From Dimorphilus gyrociliatus (Eukaryota; Animalia; Annelida): a stretch of 64,000 bases of DNA. Where the stretch lies: positions 2,301,404-2,365,403 of the forward strand of contig CAJFCJ010000007.1 in NCBI GenBank assembly GCA_904063045.1, in the 5' to 3' direction. The notes beneath the pieces were generated by a model. It was not told the DNA's origin. It was given only the letters and a program-made list of their open reading frames with translations, and did no database searches. A program made the translations under genes and the position numbers. Below, piece after piece: positions 1-14,972 of this stretch. The stretch's first letter is position 1. Each line of letters opens with the position of its first letter.

Positions 1-1434
1 CGTGAGATATACTTGACAAATAAAAGATAAAAGTAGCAATGCGATTACGGCTTTGACCAAAACTTGATTCCGAAACGTGCGGTTCAAAAAAGTCTTTATG
101 TGGCTCATATTGACCTCCAATACCATATGTAACTACTTGAAATGGTTCAGCTGTCATCACACCTGATATTTTCGCAGTCTTCAAATGAATTAACCTGTTA
201 ATTCTATTTGCTATCTTTTCAACCATTTTATCCTGTTCATCGTTTAACCAACCAACTTTGCTTATTCGATTATTACCAGACCATCCACCAATCATTTGCG
301 CTCTTGCCATAGAAGGATAAGCTAAATCAACAAGTTTATCTGCCTCCTTCTCAGAAATAACATCGTATACTAATGAAATAAGGGGATCGATATTCAACAG
401 TTCTTCTTTAATAAGTTCGTACGGGATTCTTCCTTTACGATATCGGCAAACTAAAGGCTTCGGAGGAAAATCGTTTCTACAAAGAGCTTCGTACCTCCTA
501 ATATAGATAGATGACAGATCGGAAATTCTCAGATAATACTATTTATTATCAATAATAACTTACTCAAATTCAGTTGTTACATTTCTCTTCCATATTGAAT
601 GACCTTTTATTCCCTCAATTTGGATAAATAATTTTAATACTTCCTCATAAAGAGTCTCGTTCTCTGGATCAAGATCTAACACTCTCTCAGCGAATTCTTC
701 GGCCCCAGTTGAATTTTCCAAAGCCAAATGCGCGTTGACTAGCTATTATATGATATGATATTATTATTATACTTTAGCTGCAATATATGAATTATGCTTA
801 CTCCTAAATAAGCATCTCTCAACGATGATGAATCCGATTGATTGGTCCTTTCCAAAGCAGCCAATCTCCAAGCTATACCATAATCTTTAAAGTTTGCGCT
901 CTCTTCAGCAACTCTAGCTATTTCCTGGCATTCAGTTTTAGATAAGGGCTCTGTTTGAACACCAAGAACATGTCCGTTCGCTAGATCTTTAGTATCGATT
1001 TTATATGTTCTTTGAATTCTTAAAACTGAGAGACAAGATCCATCAAAATCGTCTTTTTTGGGTAATTCTGTAATTGATAATCCATCAGTAATTAATTTCA
1101 TGTTTTGTGTACTCGTTGCTTTCTGGGTACTTGCGATCCACAAATTTTGAAACCTTTGAAAGAGTCTAAAAGAATCGATGGGATGATTAAGATTCAAAGG
1201 TTCAAAGATGGGAATTTTGGTATCTCCAACTAGTTCGTAATCTTTAATCAAATCTTCCATTTTTTGAAGATTTTCTTTCATCCATTCCAATTTTACTTCT
1301 TCAGCTTCGTAATACTTCTCCAAACCATTCAAAAGATTATCTTCGTTCTTCAACAGCATGGCGATGTGCCTGATAGATGTGAAAAGTTCGCCATGAACAA
1401 TCGGAAAAAGGCAAAGCAGTAGCAACACCTTCAT
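1..1434 (-). CDS. P4HA: Prolyl 4-hydroxylase alpha subunit, multi-exon; 3' end runs off the left edge
   Basis: Signal peptide followed by ELFTSIRHIAMLL and DDFDGSCLSVLRIQRTYKID, typical of the P4HA N-terminus. Downstream exons read YEALCR...LVCRY...KEELLNIDPLISLVYDVISEKEAD...RISKVGWL. Confidence 0.9.
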
Positions 1435-1674
1435 GATAAAAATTATAACAGTGACAATTGAAAAAGTAATACCGCAAGTCTAGACAAGATCAAACATACA
1501 ATGAAAGGGATTAGCCTTGCTTTTTCATATTCAACTATTTCAATATTCAATTATATATTGAGACTTGAAATTTTATTAGTAACGAACTAAAACATAGGTA
1601 AATACAAGTTTTCCTGTACAAATCAGTACGAATACTGAAAAAAATAACATTAGAAAGTTAACACATTTTGTTTT

Positions 1675-4600
1675 TCAATGAATACAAAGCATTGCTCTGG
1701 CGTTCGTAACAAATTCTTCAAATTTATCTGTAAATCGAGTTTTATTTTTTCGATTATTTGTAAAATATTCGTCGTTTGGTGTTAATTCATCAAAGGCACA
1801 TATTAATCTATTTCTAGCTTCTTCTTCTTTCTGTGTTTCTACAATTTGTCGTACCAACGTCTTATATGTATTAACATTGGAAGATATAAGAGAAAATATA
1901 GTGTCAGCCACAGTATCCAACAAATCCATTTCAAAGGGTTCTAACAAGACCATCTGCAAAATGGTTCCCATGAAAGGTTCTAATCTATAAGAAGAAATTT
2001 CAACCGTAGCTAAACTAGCTATGGCTTCCAAACAGAGTTTAAGAACATCGGTTCCAAGTGTTGAGGATAATCCTAATTGCAGTGAGTCAAGTACATTTTG
2101 CAGGGAAGGCGAAGTAAGCATTAACTTTGCATCCATTTCGCTTAAATATGCAATTAATTTGAAATATTGACTACTTAAACGAGGGAAACTTAATAAATTT
2201 TCATTCATCATTGGCATAATAATTTCTAGTCCCCTTAATACGACACCAGTTGTTGGACTCTTATAATCATCGCTAGATGGGAAAAAATCCATAAAGTCTT
2301 TGGATAGCATATGCGTTAAAATTTCCATGAGTAAACTAAGGTCAAGAAGTTGTTCCTCTTCCGTTGTCTTTGTCAATCGTATCTTTCCGTTGTTTACTTT
2401 CGAATACATTTCCAATAGTTTTGTGATACATTCATAAAATTTTTTGGAATAGTCAATACTTAAGTAGCACAACTGTCTGTTTGCGATCAAGCTATAAAAT
2501 TCAAAAAGATTTTCTAAAACATCAGGACTATCCTTGAAATTATTGAGAATTAAGTGCCCTGCTTCCATAGCAGGATTAACAAAGTTAAACAAGTCACGGA
2601 AATTTTGAGCGGTTGTAGCTTCTACAACGCCGCATAAAAGTTCTAATATTTTGTTCAATTCTTGCTTACGAATTGTGTCATTCCTTAATATAAGTGTACT
2701 ATTTCTAAGATTCTCAAAATACATTGTCCATCGTGATGTATTTCCAGAATGTGATGTTCCTGCATAAACTATAGCCTTGCATATCAATCTCACTCCTTGT
2801 GATGGTAACGAAGCAACCTGTAAACTTGCTAAACGCTCTATTAAACTCCAAAATCCTTCACTTTCTAGTAATAGTACTGCACGTTGATGACGTTCGGCAA
2901 GAATTACTAATAGATGAAGACATTCAATTAAAGTTTGTTCTTCTCCCGACCACATCTGAACGGCTTTTGTACATATATCCACTAGTTGTGCCACGATCAC
3001 TTTCGATATGGGAGCGTCACATCCCCATATAGTATTAAATGTTGGACTCATCTCTGTGTAATTATCTTCGTTCGGTAGGAGATAAGTTCTTACCCACCTT
3101 TGAAGAAATAAACCGCAGGTAGCTGCAACTTGTGGCGACCAATCCATATTATTGCAAGTTGCTTCTAGACACATTTCCAGTAATCTTTGAATTTTAACGA
3201 CAAGTAAAACGATTCCATCGACACTTTCAAGCGTTGTACTAGTTCCCTGAACAAAACTGATGGTAGCGTTAACATTGGATTTTCCTGATTTTATTTCATC
3301 GATTGCGTGCTGCATTATTTGACTAGGAATTAAAGGGGTTTCTCCAATAACGTCGTCGGTCAAGAGAGCTGCGGCAACCAAAACTATCCAATGTAGATCT
3401 TCGTATAATTCTGCTAGACTAATTGGGGTTTTCCCAGACAGTCTATCAATTAACAAGTCGTTGACGAGGCTTAAACAATGTGATAGGTTAACTCTAGCTA
3501 GAGTTGCAATAGAACACAATTCATCTTTAAATTTATCCTTGTCCTCTTCATCTTCTTCCAAGATAACTTCGTCATTAGCTACTGGTCGACAGCCTAATGG
3601 AGGGGCTAAATGGCAATAGAGAAAAGACTCAAAAATATTTGAGCAGTGGTTTGGACTAAGTGGAAAGTCCTCAATAGCTAATCTTGACCAAGCATCCAGC
3701 AGTCTTCGATAAGCATCTTGTTTCTCATCACTATTCTCTAGTTCAGCTTCCTTACCAAGTGTTACAGTCATTTCGGTCATTCCATTGAATAAACTCTCTC
3801 TACAGCTAGTGTCAAGCTGTCCAAAAAGCATAAGAGGGAAGAAAATGATTAAATTCGATATAACATGAGCGAAGGATGGCCTTGTAGAAGCATCCTTGAA
3901 AATTTGTAATATGCTATTAATAAAATGGTTAAGATAGCGAATTTTGGAGTCAAAGTCAGGAAATACATTTCCATTCAATGATGCTAACTGAATTAGACAT
4001 CTTATGCACGATTCTTTCAATTCTTCCGTGAAAAGTGAATACAATTTCACAACTAAAGTAATGAGGTCTGGATTTAAAAATACATTTTTCCAACATGCTG
4101 GTGGCTTAAGGGATGGATTTGGTGATCCTTTAAAACATCCGATATGTCTTCGAGATAAATCTACTGGCAAAAATTCCCAATTCAGTAAAATTTCAAGTAC
4201 AGATAGCAGCTTTTCGCTAATTTGAAAATTTTCGCTTGATTGAGGTGATTGCAGAATTTGTATGAGTAAATTGCTAACTAAGAGGAATATTTCTTTCAGA
4301 TGCTCCCTCTGAAAAACAGGATAAGTAATCACAGTCAAGTTTGATATCACAATTTACCTCAAATTGCATTTTACAACAATTATGCATTTCCCACGATAAA
4401 CCGACTGCACTTGATCGACTTGTACTAGAAAATTCAATGAGGATAGCTTTCAAAAGTGAACATGCTACTAATTGATAATATAATTGATTGGACTGGAATA
4501 AATTGTTTATATCTAGAAATATTTGTTGTAATAAGCTATTGCTCTCCACGCTTCCTCTTTTAATAATGACAGCCAAGGCATCGAGCAGTTCTTCCCTTAC

Positions 4601-5155
4601 ACAGAGTATTAACCTAAACACAAGAGTTTTTGTTAGTTATGATACATTTCGCAATTTGTTCACTATACTTACGATGGATTTGACGTAACGTATTCCAAAA
4701 TGAATTTTCTAAGATTGTCAATCAAGTCCTTTTTCAAAATACACCACTCTCTCAGCGTGGCTTCTTTAATTGTAGACCCCATTTGAAAAAGAACAAACGT
4801 GCTACTGCTTCTCTCTGTTGTGCAAAAGTGCTATATTTCATTAAATCCATAATTAAGAACTATATCAGACTTACGAAGAATTTGTTGGCAAATCTCATAA
4901 GGAAATTTAGATCTTTTAAACTCGATAAACACCTGATCAGCCTGTTGTCGTTGCTCAGTCGTTACAAGTGCAGGACTTGCCTAAAAATATCCGTATTATC
5001 GCTCTCATATAAATAAAGTAACAAAGTAAGGCCGTTGTAAACTACCGTTACAAGAATATTTAACTTCAAAAGTTCGAATGTTTGATATTTACCATAATAC
5101 AGTGTCCGGCACTTTCCAGACGCTCAATAACACCTTTAATCGACTCTTCATTCAT
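1675..5155 (-). CDS. XPO4: Exportin-4, multi-exon
   Basis: Spliced N-terminus MNEESIKGVIERLESAGHCIM|ASPALVTTEQRQQADQVFIEFKRS...FVLFQMGSTIKEATLREW...LAVIIKRGS joins the large terminal exon containing FPRLSSQYFKLIAYL. GT-AG junctions are phase-consistent where checked. Confidence 0.92.
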
Positions 5156-5742
5156 TTCGAAAAGCGAGTCAAATCCCTTAACTGGTAAATTGGTACTTAT
5201 TTCATTAAACGAGAGTAATCTTTCATCACCCACACGTAAATATGCTCATAAAAATATTATTTTATATATTTAAGATTTGGAAAAATATACAAAATTCAAG
5301 AAATATAAAAATACGAAAATAACTGGTTCAGTCTTGGAGCCGACAGATCGATTATTTCTCTATATAATTATCCCAGCAGCAATCAAGACCAATCTCTGAT
5401 ATCAATTTATATTGAAAATGTTTTTTTTTTTGTTTCCTATTTTCTTTTAAGTACGTTAAAAGCTTTTTATAAGCTTTTTTGTAAAATTTAAATCGATCAA
5501 CCTTTGGTAGTTTCTGGTTGGCAAATCTATAGTATTAAATTAATTACATTATGTTAGATATCATTATGATACAAATAGGAAACAATTTTAACAAATTGAT
5601 GTAACTGTTTCAATGTAGATTTTCAAAGTAGTGTAAAATTATCAACAACAACAAAACGTAAGAAATAATGTATTTTAGTAGACATCTTAGAAACATGTGA
5701 GAAAATATCTCAAGAACTATTAGCAATTGAAAAATTATCCAA

Positions 5743-6296
5743 TTATCGAATTTGAGAAGCTTGCTTAAAAGTATATTCTAAGGCCGAGGCAACAGTTTTC
5801 ATATCACTTTCAATACTTTTTGACCAATTTTCGACATCACCCAACTCTTTCAGTGAATTTTTTAAATCTTCTACTAATTTCAACCATAATACTGTTTGTT
5901 TATTGAAACTAGTAACGCTTGATTGAAGCATTCGAGTCTCAGTATCCAATTTCTTTTGATTGATATAAGCTTGTGATACTCTGGAAAGATGCGATAGTAA
6001 ATAATTGATGTTGGAAAAATTTAAAGAGGTTTAATGAAATTTATTAATTATACTCGGGTTTTAGTTGTAAATATACTTACCCCACATTTAGATGGTCAAC
6101 AAGGGCACTAGAAAATTCGGATGCAGCAGCAATTGCCTCCCTCTTTCTTTTCTCTTAAAAAAACATTTTGCAAAATTAAACATCGACTCGCTTGTAGTGC
6201 TTTGAACTAAATAAATTACAGTCAGCATTTACCTTGTTCTTCCTTTCTACTAGCGGTCCGCTGATGGTGCTCTTTTAACATCGCTGAGAGCGACAT
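5743..6296 (-). CDS. BLOC1S1: BLOC-1 complex subunit 1 (BLOS1/GCN5L1)
   Basis: Exon 1 MSLSAMLKEHHQRTASRKEEQ; last exon LKELGDVENWSKSIESDMKTVASALEY matches the family signature. Confidence 0.95.
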
Positions 6297-6649
6297 AATT
6301 AACTATAAAGATTCAGAGCGATAATGTGCCTTGATAATGTATCAACATTAAAGTGGAAATAGAAAATGAATGATCCCCCTGTTAGACTCAATTATATTAT
6401 GGTAATATTTACGCGGAACCCCAACCATACTAATTAAAAGTCAAAACAATAAACCCTATGCATAAAACAAACATGGTTTGAAGAATCTAATAATATTTTT
6501 TATAGTTTGCACTATCTCTTAAATATTCGATTTATCATTTTCTCTTAGTAAAGGGTCGTTTACTTGTGATTCTACTGCCAATTTTGAATCATGAATATTG
6601 ATGAGCAACCTCGCCGTTGATGCGATGAATCTGTAGAGTGATTTATATA

Positions 6650-7720
6650 ATGACAATTTGGCGGATAATTCATTTTTTAATTCTGATTTTTTCATTTTGT
6701 TCAGCCGAAACTTATAATTCTGGTAAGTTTATATAGAAAAGGTTTGCTTCAGTAAACGTAGTTAAAGTATATCAAGAAATATTCCGTTTTTCGGACAGTT
6801 CCTTTTTCATTCTCAAATATTTTTCAGACCCAATACAACCAGCAGAAAAGCGTTGTCCTGGGAGCTACTGTGGAAAAATCAAATCTTTTGATAATACTTA
6901 TAGCAAATGCGGTCCATGCCCAAGACTCTACGAGTCTTGTAATGGGATATGCACAAAATGCACTTCTTCACCATCCACCTATGATTATATGTATTTTATT
7001 TTCATGGCTCTGTTACTCCCTGTACTCTCAGCTGTATCGATAGATAGATGGGGTTACGTTAAAGGAATAAGAGTTGTTGCACTTTACATCTGCGTAGTTG
7101 TTGAAACTATCTTATCTGCAATTATAACACTACTATTGTTTACTCCCAAGTGGGAACTGAATTTATTAGTTTGTAATGCTAAAAAAGTGAAAGATTTTTA
7201 TGCTATTTTCTCCAGCAGAGCAAAATATGAAGGAGAAACTATTTACTGCAATTATGAAGTTGTTTACCCAAGATATACTATCATTTTAACGTATTATGCA
7301 ATAAGTGTATTTGTATTGTTAATCTTCCGGCCTGCAGTTTCCAAAATTATAGGATCTTGTTCGAGACCAACATACGCTTCTCTTTTCATCGCTCCGTCAT
7401 TGATAATAATTCACTCTCTCTTGGCAGGAGTAATATATTACACCTTCCCCTATATTTTGGCAGTTTTGGCTGTTGTATTCAACGCTATACACCTATCATC
7501 ATATCCCGTTCAAACATGGAAAAATTTAATTGTGGATTCTATAAAGCCTAGAAATTTGATTTTAATTTTAGCTGATTCTTCACTATTAGCGTTCTCTGTT
7601 TGCGCTATAACAGAATTGACTGATTTCAAAACTCATTTACCATTTTTGCTGTTGGCACCTATGCCAGCTATTTTATATATATTGACTGCCCCTTTAACAG
7701 ATCTATCAGAGATTGAGTAA
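6650..7720 (+). CDS. JKAMP: JNK1/MAPK8-associated membrane protein (JAMP), 2 exons (6650-6722, 6828-7720)
   Basis: Cys-rich lumenal segment CPGSYCG...CGPCPR...CTSSPSTYDYMYFIFMALL followed by multiple TM helices and the YCNYEVVYPRY motif. Exon 1 is hydrophobic and phase-1 compatible with exon 2. Confidence 0.88.
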
Positions 7721-8243
7721 TAATTCTATATATGTATATGTATTTTTTTTTCATTTTTTGTATATTTGTATATAATAGTATTATGCAAAATTAGTATGCC
7801 TGTAAAGTCATAAATATTGCCTTTTTATGACTCATCGGCTTGAATCTTGAGCTCTAAACTGTATTGTTATTGATGAATTACGGTTTTTTAAGGCCGAATT
7901 ATTAATGTGATATGGTAAAATTATTTGTTTAGGAGACTGCATTAATAATAATTAATATTCATGTTTCAAATATGTAACTTATAGCTCTTCTAATTCTCAT
8001 GCTGAAAATATTAAGTGAGATAAAAATAACATCGAATGAAAATTTATCTTAACTGTATTGAAAAAACATAATTTGTAGTCCTGGAGAAACGGTTAACAAA
8101 CCTCTTCTACTCAAAAGAGACCTAAATTTGCACAAATGGTTTTAGGTGAAAAAAATGAGCATGAAAATAAGTGTATATATATATTTCTTATATATATATA
8201 TAAATATATGTATGAAATAAACGTCACAATAACCCTATGTAGA

Positions 8244-10002
8244 TTATAATTCGTCATCGAGTTTAACATCAGAAAGATCAATTTCTTCTTCTTTTGGTAA
8301 TTCTCCATCTTTTCCATCCCAGGCATCGATATCAGCTGCTTCTGGCAATTTTCCTCCTCCGATTGGAACGGTTGATCCTCTTCCAAAGGAGAGAGCTTTC
8401 AAGAACTCATCAATTCCGGTTTGACCAAAAGATCCTGAAAGATATATTTGACGATATAAACCTATTCGTTGGCGAATAAAATAATTCTTAAATATTCGTT
8501 ACCTTTAAATGGAGAGTATTTTCCTTTTCTCGAGTTAACTGCAGCCATTGCTGGATATCCAAAGCCACCAATTCCTAGAGCATCCTCCAATTTGGATTGT
8601 TGACCAGCTTCAGACCAAGCCCATCCCCACATCTTCTTCTTGTATTTTGCTCCTAATTCTGATAAAACGGAGATATAGTCGTTACGGCATTTCGATTGAC
8701 AATCCAATATATGAGGCAAAAATGCAACAATGCATAATTGTTTTTCAGCGCAAGCATCTTCAAGTACTTTTGAACTTGTAATTTGTTCAACCTTTGGGGG
8801 AGGAACATTTTCAGCAAGTTTATCCAAAGCCCATCTAACAATATCACCAGATGTCCTTCCACCATCGTACTCTTCAGCCGAATTTTGATCCTTAGCTCCA
8901 GCTGGGAAATATTTAATAGTGGGATAACCACGGATTCCAAATCTACTGGCTACAACTGTATTTACAGTTGCATCAACGGCGGCTACTTTAACTTTGCCTT
9001 TCAATTCAGTAGCGGCAGAAGCCCATTGGGGAGCCAAATTTTTACAATGACCGCACCATGGTGCGAAGAATTCGACCAACCATATGTCATCACTACCATA
9101 AACCAATTTTTCAAAGTTGGAATCAGTCAATTCAATGACGTCATCTTGATTTCCTGGTTTGGAGCCTCCGCTGCTTCCTCCTCTACTACCACTACCACCT
9201 CCACTGCTTCCTCCACGTCCAGACAATCTAGCCGAAGTTATTTGTCTCAAACCATTCAGTGCGGCATCAACCAAACCAGATGCACTTCGTGCACCATTGT
9301 AATCAGACGGAGAATTCTTGTTTGCTCCAAAGACTTTTATAGTAGGGAAGCCTCTAACATTGTATGGTCCTCCAACTGATTGATGTTTATCCATATCAAC
9401 TGCACCGACTTTGGCAATTCCCTAAAAAATATGCAATTTTTACTCAAATTTGGCTTAGATGAAAAGTTGATTTAACTTACTTTCAAAGCTGTTGCAGCTT
9501 TTTTATATTCTGGAGCAAGTTGCTGACAATGACCGCACCTTTACAATAAAACAAGAGGATTATAAATATGATCAATAAATAGTATAATAAAATATTCAAA
9601 TTTCATACCATGGGGCATAAAATTCGATGATCCACAAGTCATCACTATTCACAACTTCTCTATTGAAACTAGACGCGTCTAGATCAATAACATCGTCGGA
9701 CGGAGAGTATAAACCGTAGCTTACAGCTGCACAACCCAGCAGAAAAACTGAAAAATATTTTATATTAAATTACTTATAATGTTGAAGAATTGCTATTTTT
9801 AATGTTTCATTAATACATTAAGAATTTAACATGATTAGACATGCCTACAATCATTTTTTTTTTAAATTTTCTCAGTTTTATTTAAACATTATTAAGCTTT
9901 CAACGAAATAAATATCATTTTATATGATTTCTTAAAAATACTAAATGATAGAGTATAATTTAAGTATCATATAAAGTAAACGTTACCTATAGAACGATAC
10001 AT
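8244..10002 (-). CDS. PDIA6: Protein disulfide-isomerase A6 (P5)
   Basis: Signal peptide [17 protein letters not shown]; two thioredoxin domains ([18 protein letters not shown]) with a Gly/Ser linker; C-terminal ER-retention-like DDEL. Confidence 0.96.
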
Positions 10003-10169
10003 GGCTCAAGTTCACCCTTTCAACTTTCAGAATGAAATAATTCAATCCCCCTTTCCCGGTCTCAAATGAAGTAAACACACGTTGCTTTTTCGTGGACGAT
10101 TTTCATTGGCTAGTTTTATGATGATCAATTTTACTAACCTATAAAAAAATAAACTGGTATAAAAACTAG

Positions 10170-11332
10170 ATGGCGTGAGTTGTGTCGGTATTTTTTATTT
10201 TAAACCTTAAAGGAGATATATTCAGATCCAAATATAATATAATGGAAAATACTACACGATCAGAAAATTTGGATATACCACAAATATCTGAAGAGTCACT
10301 GGTAATCTCGGAGTTAAAATTAAAAGCAAATTCAATGTTTTATCTAAACAATTTCAAATATAGAAAATTGAAGAAGAGCACAGTGCTGCAAAGAAAAATT
10401 ATTTCAAAGTACAAATATTCCTTAACGTACTTAAAGAAGTTATACGAGAGAAAAAAACAACACAGCCTAATTTATACGACCAAATTGAGAGACAACTCAC
10501 GTATGCCAAAGTAAAAAGTTTGTTGCCATCACAAGGAGAATGTGGAAAGAGCATGTATTCTGAAGGTCTTCTTGGTCTCTCTCGTGAATCTATAATACAA
10601 ACTACAGACAAAGTTGTATTTATACTTTCAATATCATTCTATTTGTTTGTATTTATACTATATTATTCTAGAAAAATCAAATTCTTCCACTGGCTTTAGC
10701 CGATATAGAAACAAATTTAGCATCAAAGTTCGAACATCTATCAAAAATACTTCACATTCCCAGTTCGGATAGCCACTATACTCGTATTAAGAAAATTGCG
10801 AAACAGAAACAGCAAATTACTGATATAGAGAATGAAATGAGGGAAAAATGTGTCCAGCTTAAACTTCTCTTCTTCGAATATGTTAATGTAAGATTTTTGT
10901 GCTTGAATGTTTTGTTCATTTTCTCTTTAAACACAAATTAAACAATAGGGCATGAGGGAAGCAACGGAAAGTCTCATAGCATCTTTAAATCCAGTTGATA
11001 GGTTGTTACGTTACAGTAAAGATGAGTTATCGTTTATTCGTACAAGATCTGAGGCGCTTCACTTGAAGATGAAGCTAACAGAAATGGAATTGGTTCTAGA
11101 TACCTACAGTAGTCAATCAATTGAGGCCTTAAAGTGTATTTCATCTCGATTAAACAATCAGGTAGATGCTAGAAGTCATGAAATTGATAATCTTACAACA
11201 AAAATTCAAGCATATGAAAATGTTGGTGGAGAATTTGACAGTCTGGTTAAGCAGTATGTGACCCTTGTTGAAGATATGCAAGATAAGAAAGATATGCTTC
11301 TTCAAATGGCTGGTTCTGAAGCGACTGAATAA
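10170..11332 (+). CDS. HAUS4: Augmin/HAUS complex subunit 4-like; start approximate
   Basis: C-terminal exon LKMKLTEMELVLDTYS...YENVGGEFDSLVKQYVTL resembles the HAUS4 C-terminus (DTY...YE..G.EF..LV..Y). The upstream exon structure is tentative. Confidence 0.75.
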
Positions 11333-11516
11333 TGTTAAAAGTCATCTATTCAAGTTAAATGTTATTAAAGCTTTTAGATCTTTTACGATAGTTAAGAAAA
11401 AATAAATTCGCTATATTGAAAATGATAATTCTACAGGTTCTTTTAAATTAAAATTTGGCATGAAAATTTAGATTTAGTGAGAAAGTACACAATTGTGACT
11501 ATATATTGAAAAACTT

Positions 11517-14359
11517 TTAACTCCAAACATCACATGAATATCTTCCCCTTGACCTTAAGGTTTTAAGAAAGTCTTGAGCCTGTTGGCTGGTCCAATTTTC
11601 TTCAGCTTCTAGAGCTTCCTGAAGAGCAAGATCAACATCATGAGCCATGTGCTTCGCATCCCCACAAACATAAATATGTGCGCTTTCTTTCCTTAATAGA
11701 CGAGCTACTTCTTGCTTATTTTCTCTCAATAAGTGTTGAACATAGATTTTGTCCTTTTGATCACGAGAAAAGGCCACGTGTAATTTTGATAAAACCCCTT
11801 CTTCAACAAATTCTTTCAATTCATCCTCATACAAATAATCCTCTGCTCTATGTCTGCATCCGAAATATAGAACCATTTCTCCAGTAGGCTTTCCTATAGT
11901 AGACAAATTCAATTAATTCACAATAAACATTTGCAAAAGCTTCCAATATACTAACCAGCTCTCTTTTGTGCAGCCCTATCTTGAATGAAACCTCTGAAGG
12001 GAGCTATACCGGTTCCCGGTCCGACCATTATAACAGGCGTGCTAGGCTTGAAAGGTAATCGAAATTGTGATTTTCTAATAAACACTGGTGCAGTTGGTTG
12101 AAGATTTTCCATTGGTATTTTATTTTTCAAATACCACGTAGCGACTCCTTTTTGATTTCTATTAGTTGGAGTTGTCCAGTCAACCAAAACAGCTGTAATA
12201 TGAACAGCTGTCGGGTGAAGTTTTGGTGACGAAGATATTGAATAATATCTTGGTTGAAGTCTTGATAAAATTTCGCAAAGATGATCAATAGCAGGTTCCA
12301 ACGATGGCATATCTTCAAGAACGGCCAAAATATGTCTATTTAAGTTATATGATATGGCGTATACATCATCAAGTAAGCAATATTTTTATTATACAATACC
12401 TATGGTCCTTTAAAATCCAATTGTTATATAACTCTTTTCCTTCATTGGAACTTGATGCCATCAACAAAAGTTGCTTCTTTTCCTCTTCATCTTTAGCATA
12501 TTCAGCTAAGTCTTTAAGAACATTTGTTCGAAGAGGTGATGTTATGTCCAAATAATGGGTTAGAGCTGTTCTGTAAGTTGTTGGACAAGGAAAGGGATAT
12601 TTTTTACTGGCATCTTCATCAACATTTGTCAAGGAGAAAACTGTATCTAAATCTATTTTCAATCGTTTTCCTATACCATCAACTAGGAAGCTGTCGTTGG
12701 TAGCATAAATTGCGATGTGATCTCCAGATTCGTATCGAAGCTTTGACCCTTCAATATCGACTTCCACATGCATACACGATCTGTCACCACCGTTATGTAG
12801 CTCACGATTTGTAATAATTTTTGCAAGAAATGGGTTCTTTTGATCAAATGGAGGTTTTTGGTTCTTCAAAGAACCTAGTCTGGCAGGCTCACCTTTAAAT
12901 ACTTTTTGTTCGGGCGTATCTGTAAATTCAGTTACGGCGTACTGACGAACGCTATTTGTATAAAGATATATGATTAAGATTAATATTATTTTTGGAAACA
13001 GTATACTTACGAGATGTCACTAGCTGTTGCATCAATATTAAATCGCTCACAAACTGCTGGCCACAATTTCTCTTTCCAAGAAACAAAATCTTCTTCAATA
13101 TTACAATCATCGTCGCCCAAGCCAAGCTCTACAACCCTAGTGGCTCCCATCTCTTGTAATTTTTCATCTACCAATTTTCCCATAGCATTGTAATGTTCAT
13201 AAGTTTTGTTACCAAGACCAAAAACAGCATAATTTACATCATTAAGTTCAACGCCACCCCCATTATCGTTGAGCCATTCGAAAAGTTCCTGAGCATTATC
13301 GGTTGGATCACCTTCGCCATAAGTAGCCATACAAAATATAATTAAATTATTATTGATATCTGCTAGTTTAGAAATTTCGTCAAGTTCACATTCTTCTGGA
13401 TCAGCAACCATGGCTTTCATACCATAGCGGACAGCATCTTTTGCCAAGCGGCTAGAGAACTCTTCAGCCGTTCCAGTTTGAGAACCATATAAAACTATGA
13501 CATTACGTCCGGATGCTTGCATTTTTGAAACAAAACTTGAACTAAAGCTATCCGTTCGATTCGTCTTAACAGAGGAACTAAAGAAGAAAAGAATAAATTA
13601 GAGAAAATTTTATCAATTAATTATATAAATATAGAACGGCGCGAAAAAAAGAATAATAACCAGATTTTAAATATTTTTTAAATAACTTGATATAAACCAA
13701 AGTCTTACAAAAATTTGTAAGACGATTCGGTCATTGTACTATATAATTGTCCGCTGAGATATACAATAAAATATTCAATTACTTTATGAAAACTATACAG
13801 AACGTAACATATTCATCAATTGTATAAACTTAACAAATTTTAATTTACGCTTGCGTAACTTAAACAATTATTTCGTTATATTCAACAAAGCACAGTATAA
13901 CACTCATCAAAAAAGATATAATCCTTATCTGAAGACTAACAACTTCTATTGACCTCATGCTGATACCAATGTACTACTTTATACGTCGAAATCAATTTTG
14001 TCTACAAGTACCTGAATATTCGAAATATTAAGAAATATTTCAACAGTATTTTACTTCTAACCTATTTCATTTATTTACAAGAGTAACTGTAATTTATTTT
14101 ATAGGCCTAAAGAAACAATTTTAATTATTCTTTGAAAAATCAGTAAAAGAATTCTACAACTCTAAGCCTGCTGAGCTCTAGGTCGGTTTGTTGTATAATA
14201 ATAATAAATAATTTCTTACTTTACTGTAAGTTGCTTAATTTCAGTAGATGAGGAATCCTCCTTCTTTTTCCTAAAAATTAGATAATACACAGCCAGACCT
14301 GCAATACCTCCAATAATAGCGATATCCAAAACTCCTAACATTCCTGTTTCATTTGGCAT
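11517..14359 (-). CDS. POR: NADPH-cytochrome P450 reductase
   Basis: N-terminal TM anchor; FMN motifs YGSQTGTAEE and ATYGEGD; RYYSISSS; GPGTGIAPFRGF; YFGCR; C-terminal DVWS. Confidence 0.98.
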
Positions 14360-14972
14360 TTTACCAGTTCTAAAAATTGACATTCGTCTGTAAAATTCGG
14401 AAACAGTTTAAAAGATAAATAAACATTAAGTATTTAGTTTATCACATGCACGTAAGTTATGAATTGAAAAGTTAATAGGTTTTAAATAATGAATATAAAA
14501 AATGATATATTTCTTCAGAACATGATTGACTTCTATTTAAGTCAAACAAGTAAAAAACAGCCAATTGTAATGACAATAGTAAATGACAGTTTATTCCTAT
14601 AAATCTATTTCGTTTACCTTTCTTTTAAAATAGTTTCCCTGGAAACAATGCTTTATATGCATAAAAATTAAACACAAACTATGCTAAAAAAATGAGCTGG
14701 GAAAAAGCTATAGACAGGAAGCACACTTTGTCACTTAGTCAGGTACCCTGAATTTTTAAAGGCGTGCTCTGACGATCAGACTCCAAGAGTGATCATTTGT
14801 GCTATGAACGGATAGCCTCACTTAGTCTACCAGTAAAATAAAAATTTTGTAATGTTTTACCAAAGTTTGAGAAAATCGAAAACGAGGTTACCGGAAGTTT
14901 CTCTGTTTAATCGAACATTATAAAGTTCGAATTTATTTATAGTACTCAGTGTGATCTAAGGCCGGATCGAAT

